Shown: one piece after another, positions 63,664 to 64,000 of the stretch | Layout: each line of letters opens with the position of its first letter | Numbering within the stretch: the first letter of the stretch is position 1 | NCBI GenBank assembly: GCA_965203355.1 | Contig: OZ241889.1 | Coordinates: 4,061,523-4,125,522, forward strand | Origin: Candidatus Latescibacterota bacterium | Lineage (GTDB): Bacteria; Latescibacterota; UBA2968; UBA8231 | Direction: 5' to 3' | Length of the DNA: 64,000 nucleotides | Notes under the pieces: model-generated | Seen by the model: the letters and a program-made list of their open reading frames with translations, nothing else | Told to the model about the DNA's origin: nothing | The model's database searches: none | Program-made: the position numbers and the translations under genes

Positions 63664-64000
63664 GTGAACCGTAAATGGATATTCCGGGCGGCGATAGCCA
63701 TCCTATGGCTCGGCAGTGCTGCTGCTAACGCCCAAGAATACGGTGCGCGCATCGGCACCGTCAAAAAGGGTGGGGTGGTTTCCTTTGAGCCGCAGGGGCC
63801 GGGCGTCCTGTTCGGCGCTCTCGACCCGGCCAAGCGCAGGTGGTACGTGCCGCAGGAGCTGCTCAACGAATACCAGTGGCGGCAGTGGGAATACTCCAAT
63901 TACGCCCGCGATCACTATCAGCGCTACGTCAGCGCCATCCGCGAAGGCGATTACTACTACGACCTCTACGGCAATCTCGTCACTAGGGGCTGGCTGGTTT
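63664..64000 (+). CDS. secreted hypothetical protein, 3' end beyond the window
   Basis: GTG 63664 preceded by GAAGGAGGG. Signal-like VNRKWIFRAAIAILWLGSAAANAQ. The frame is open to the window end. Confidence 0.5.
   Translation, partial: MNRKWIFRAAIAILWLGSAAANAQEYGARIGTVKKGGVVSFEPQGPGVLFGALDPAKRRWYVPQELLNEYQWRQWEYSNYARDHYQRYVSAIREGDYYYDLYGNLVTRGWLV

Noticed and set aside
1-64000. Search for tRNA, rRNA, integrase, transposase, reverse transcriptase, phage structural genes or cas genes that would define a mobile island or defence locus.
   Set aside because: None was recognised by eye on either strand. The low-G+C stretches therefore cannot be called mobile elements on present evidence.

Overview
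High-G+C bacterial chromosomal segment. I found no rRNA or tRNA genes and no transposase, integrase or phage genes. Most of it is operonic metabolic and envelope genes, interrupted by three visibly lower-G+C stretches at about 6.3-10.3 kb, 26.3-33.5 kb and 43.4-44.0 kb. Spot counts: the 60-nt line at 29881 has 27/60 G+C, the line at 24001 has 41/60.

Gene content, left to right:
- Distal part of a bacterial microcompartment (BMC) operon on the minus strand: acylating aldehyde dehydrogenase, pentamer protein, PduL, four shell genes carrying 2+1+2+3 BMC domains, and a Cys-rich unknown. It is flanked by a FAH-family hydrolase and L-rhamnose mutarotase.
- A small accessory stretch with a long ORF-poor region, a small HTH protein, a Uma2 nuclease and a plant-type LRR lipoprotein.
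- A peptidase-like/AAC(3) fusion coupled to a large polytopic membrane protein, a lipoprotein and a TPR protein.
- infA, a class I LysRS-like gene, DUF72, yhbY and comEC.
- An E1alpha/E1beta/E2 2-oxoacid dehydrogenase operon whose E2 lacks the catalytic residues.
- A low-G+C ECF sigma/anti-sigma operon with two unknown secreted proteins and two disrupted ABC-2-type permease genes.
- Housekeeping genes pckA, ahcY and mnmA.
- An APH-like kinase, two PhyH dioxygenases and a metallophosphoesterase.
- A repeat-rich coiled-coil protein.
- A 630-nt noncoding region with 38-nt direct repeats.
- A sugar cluster: enolase-superfamily enzyme, DUF2961/GH172-like protein, nth and a CUT1-type ABC importer.
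- An orphan higA and a PLP-dependent D-cysteine desulfhydrase/ACC deaminase-family gene.
- A second copy of the membrane protein/lipoprotein/TPR module, extended by FG-GAP/ASPIC and discoidin/CHU_C-type secreted proteins.

Observations I rate most worth follow-up:
1. The triple-BMC-domain ORF at the window edge, which is missing from the ORF track.
2. The duplicated membrane protein/lipoprotein/TPR module, each copy next to an acyl-transfer or esterase-type enzyme.
3. The low-G+C ECF-controlled operon with decaying permeases and a leader mini-ORF.
4. A MITE-like intergenic repeat family with three copies.
5. Pseudo-enzyme signatures in the E2 and in the LysRS-like gene.
6. Two ORF-poor structured regions, at 6.3-6.95 kb and 43.5-44.0 kb.

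All family assignments come from motif recognition by eye; no searches were run.
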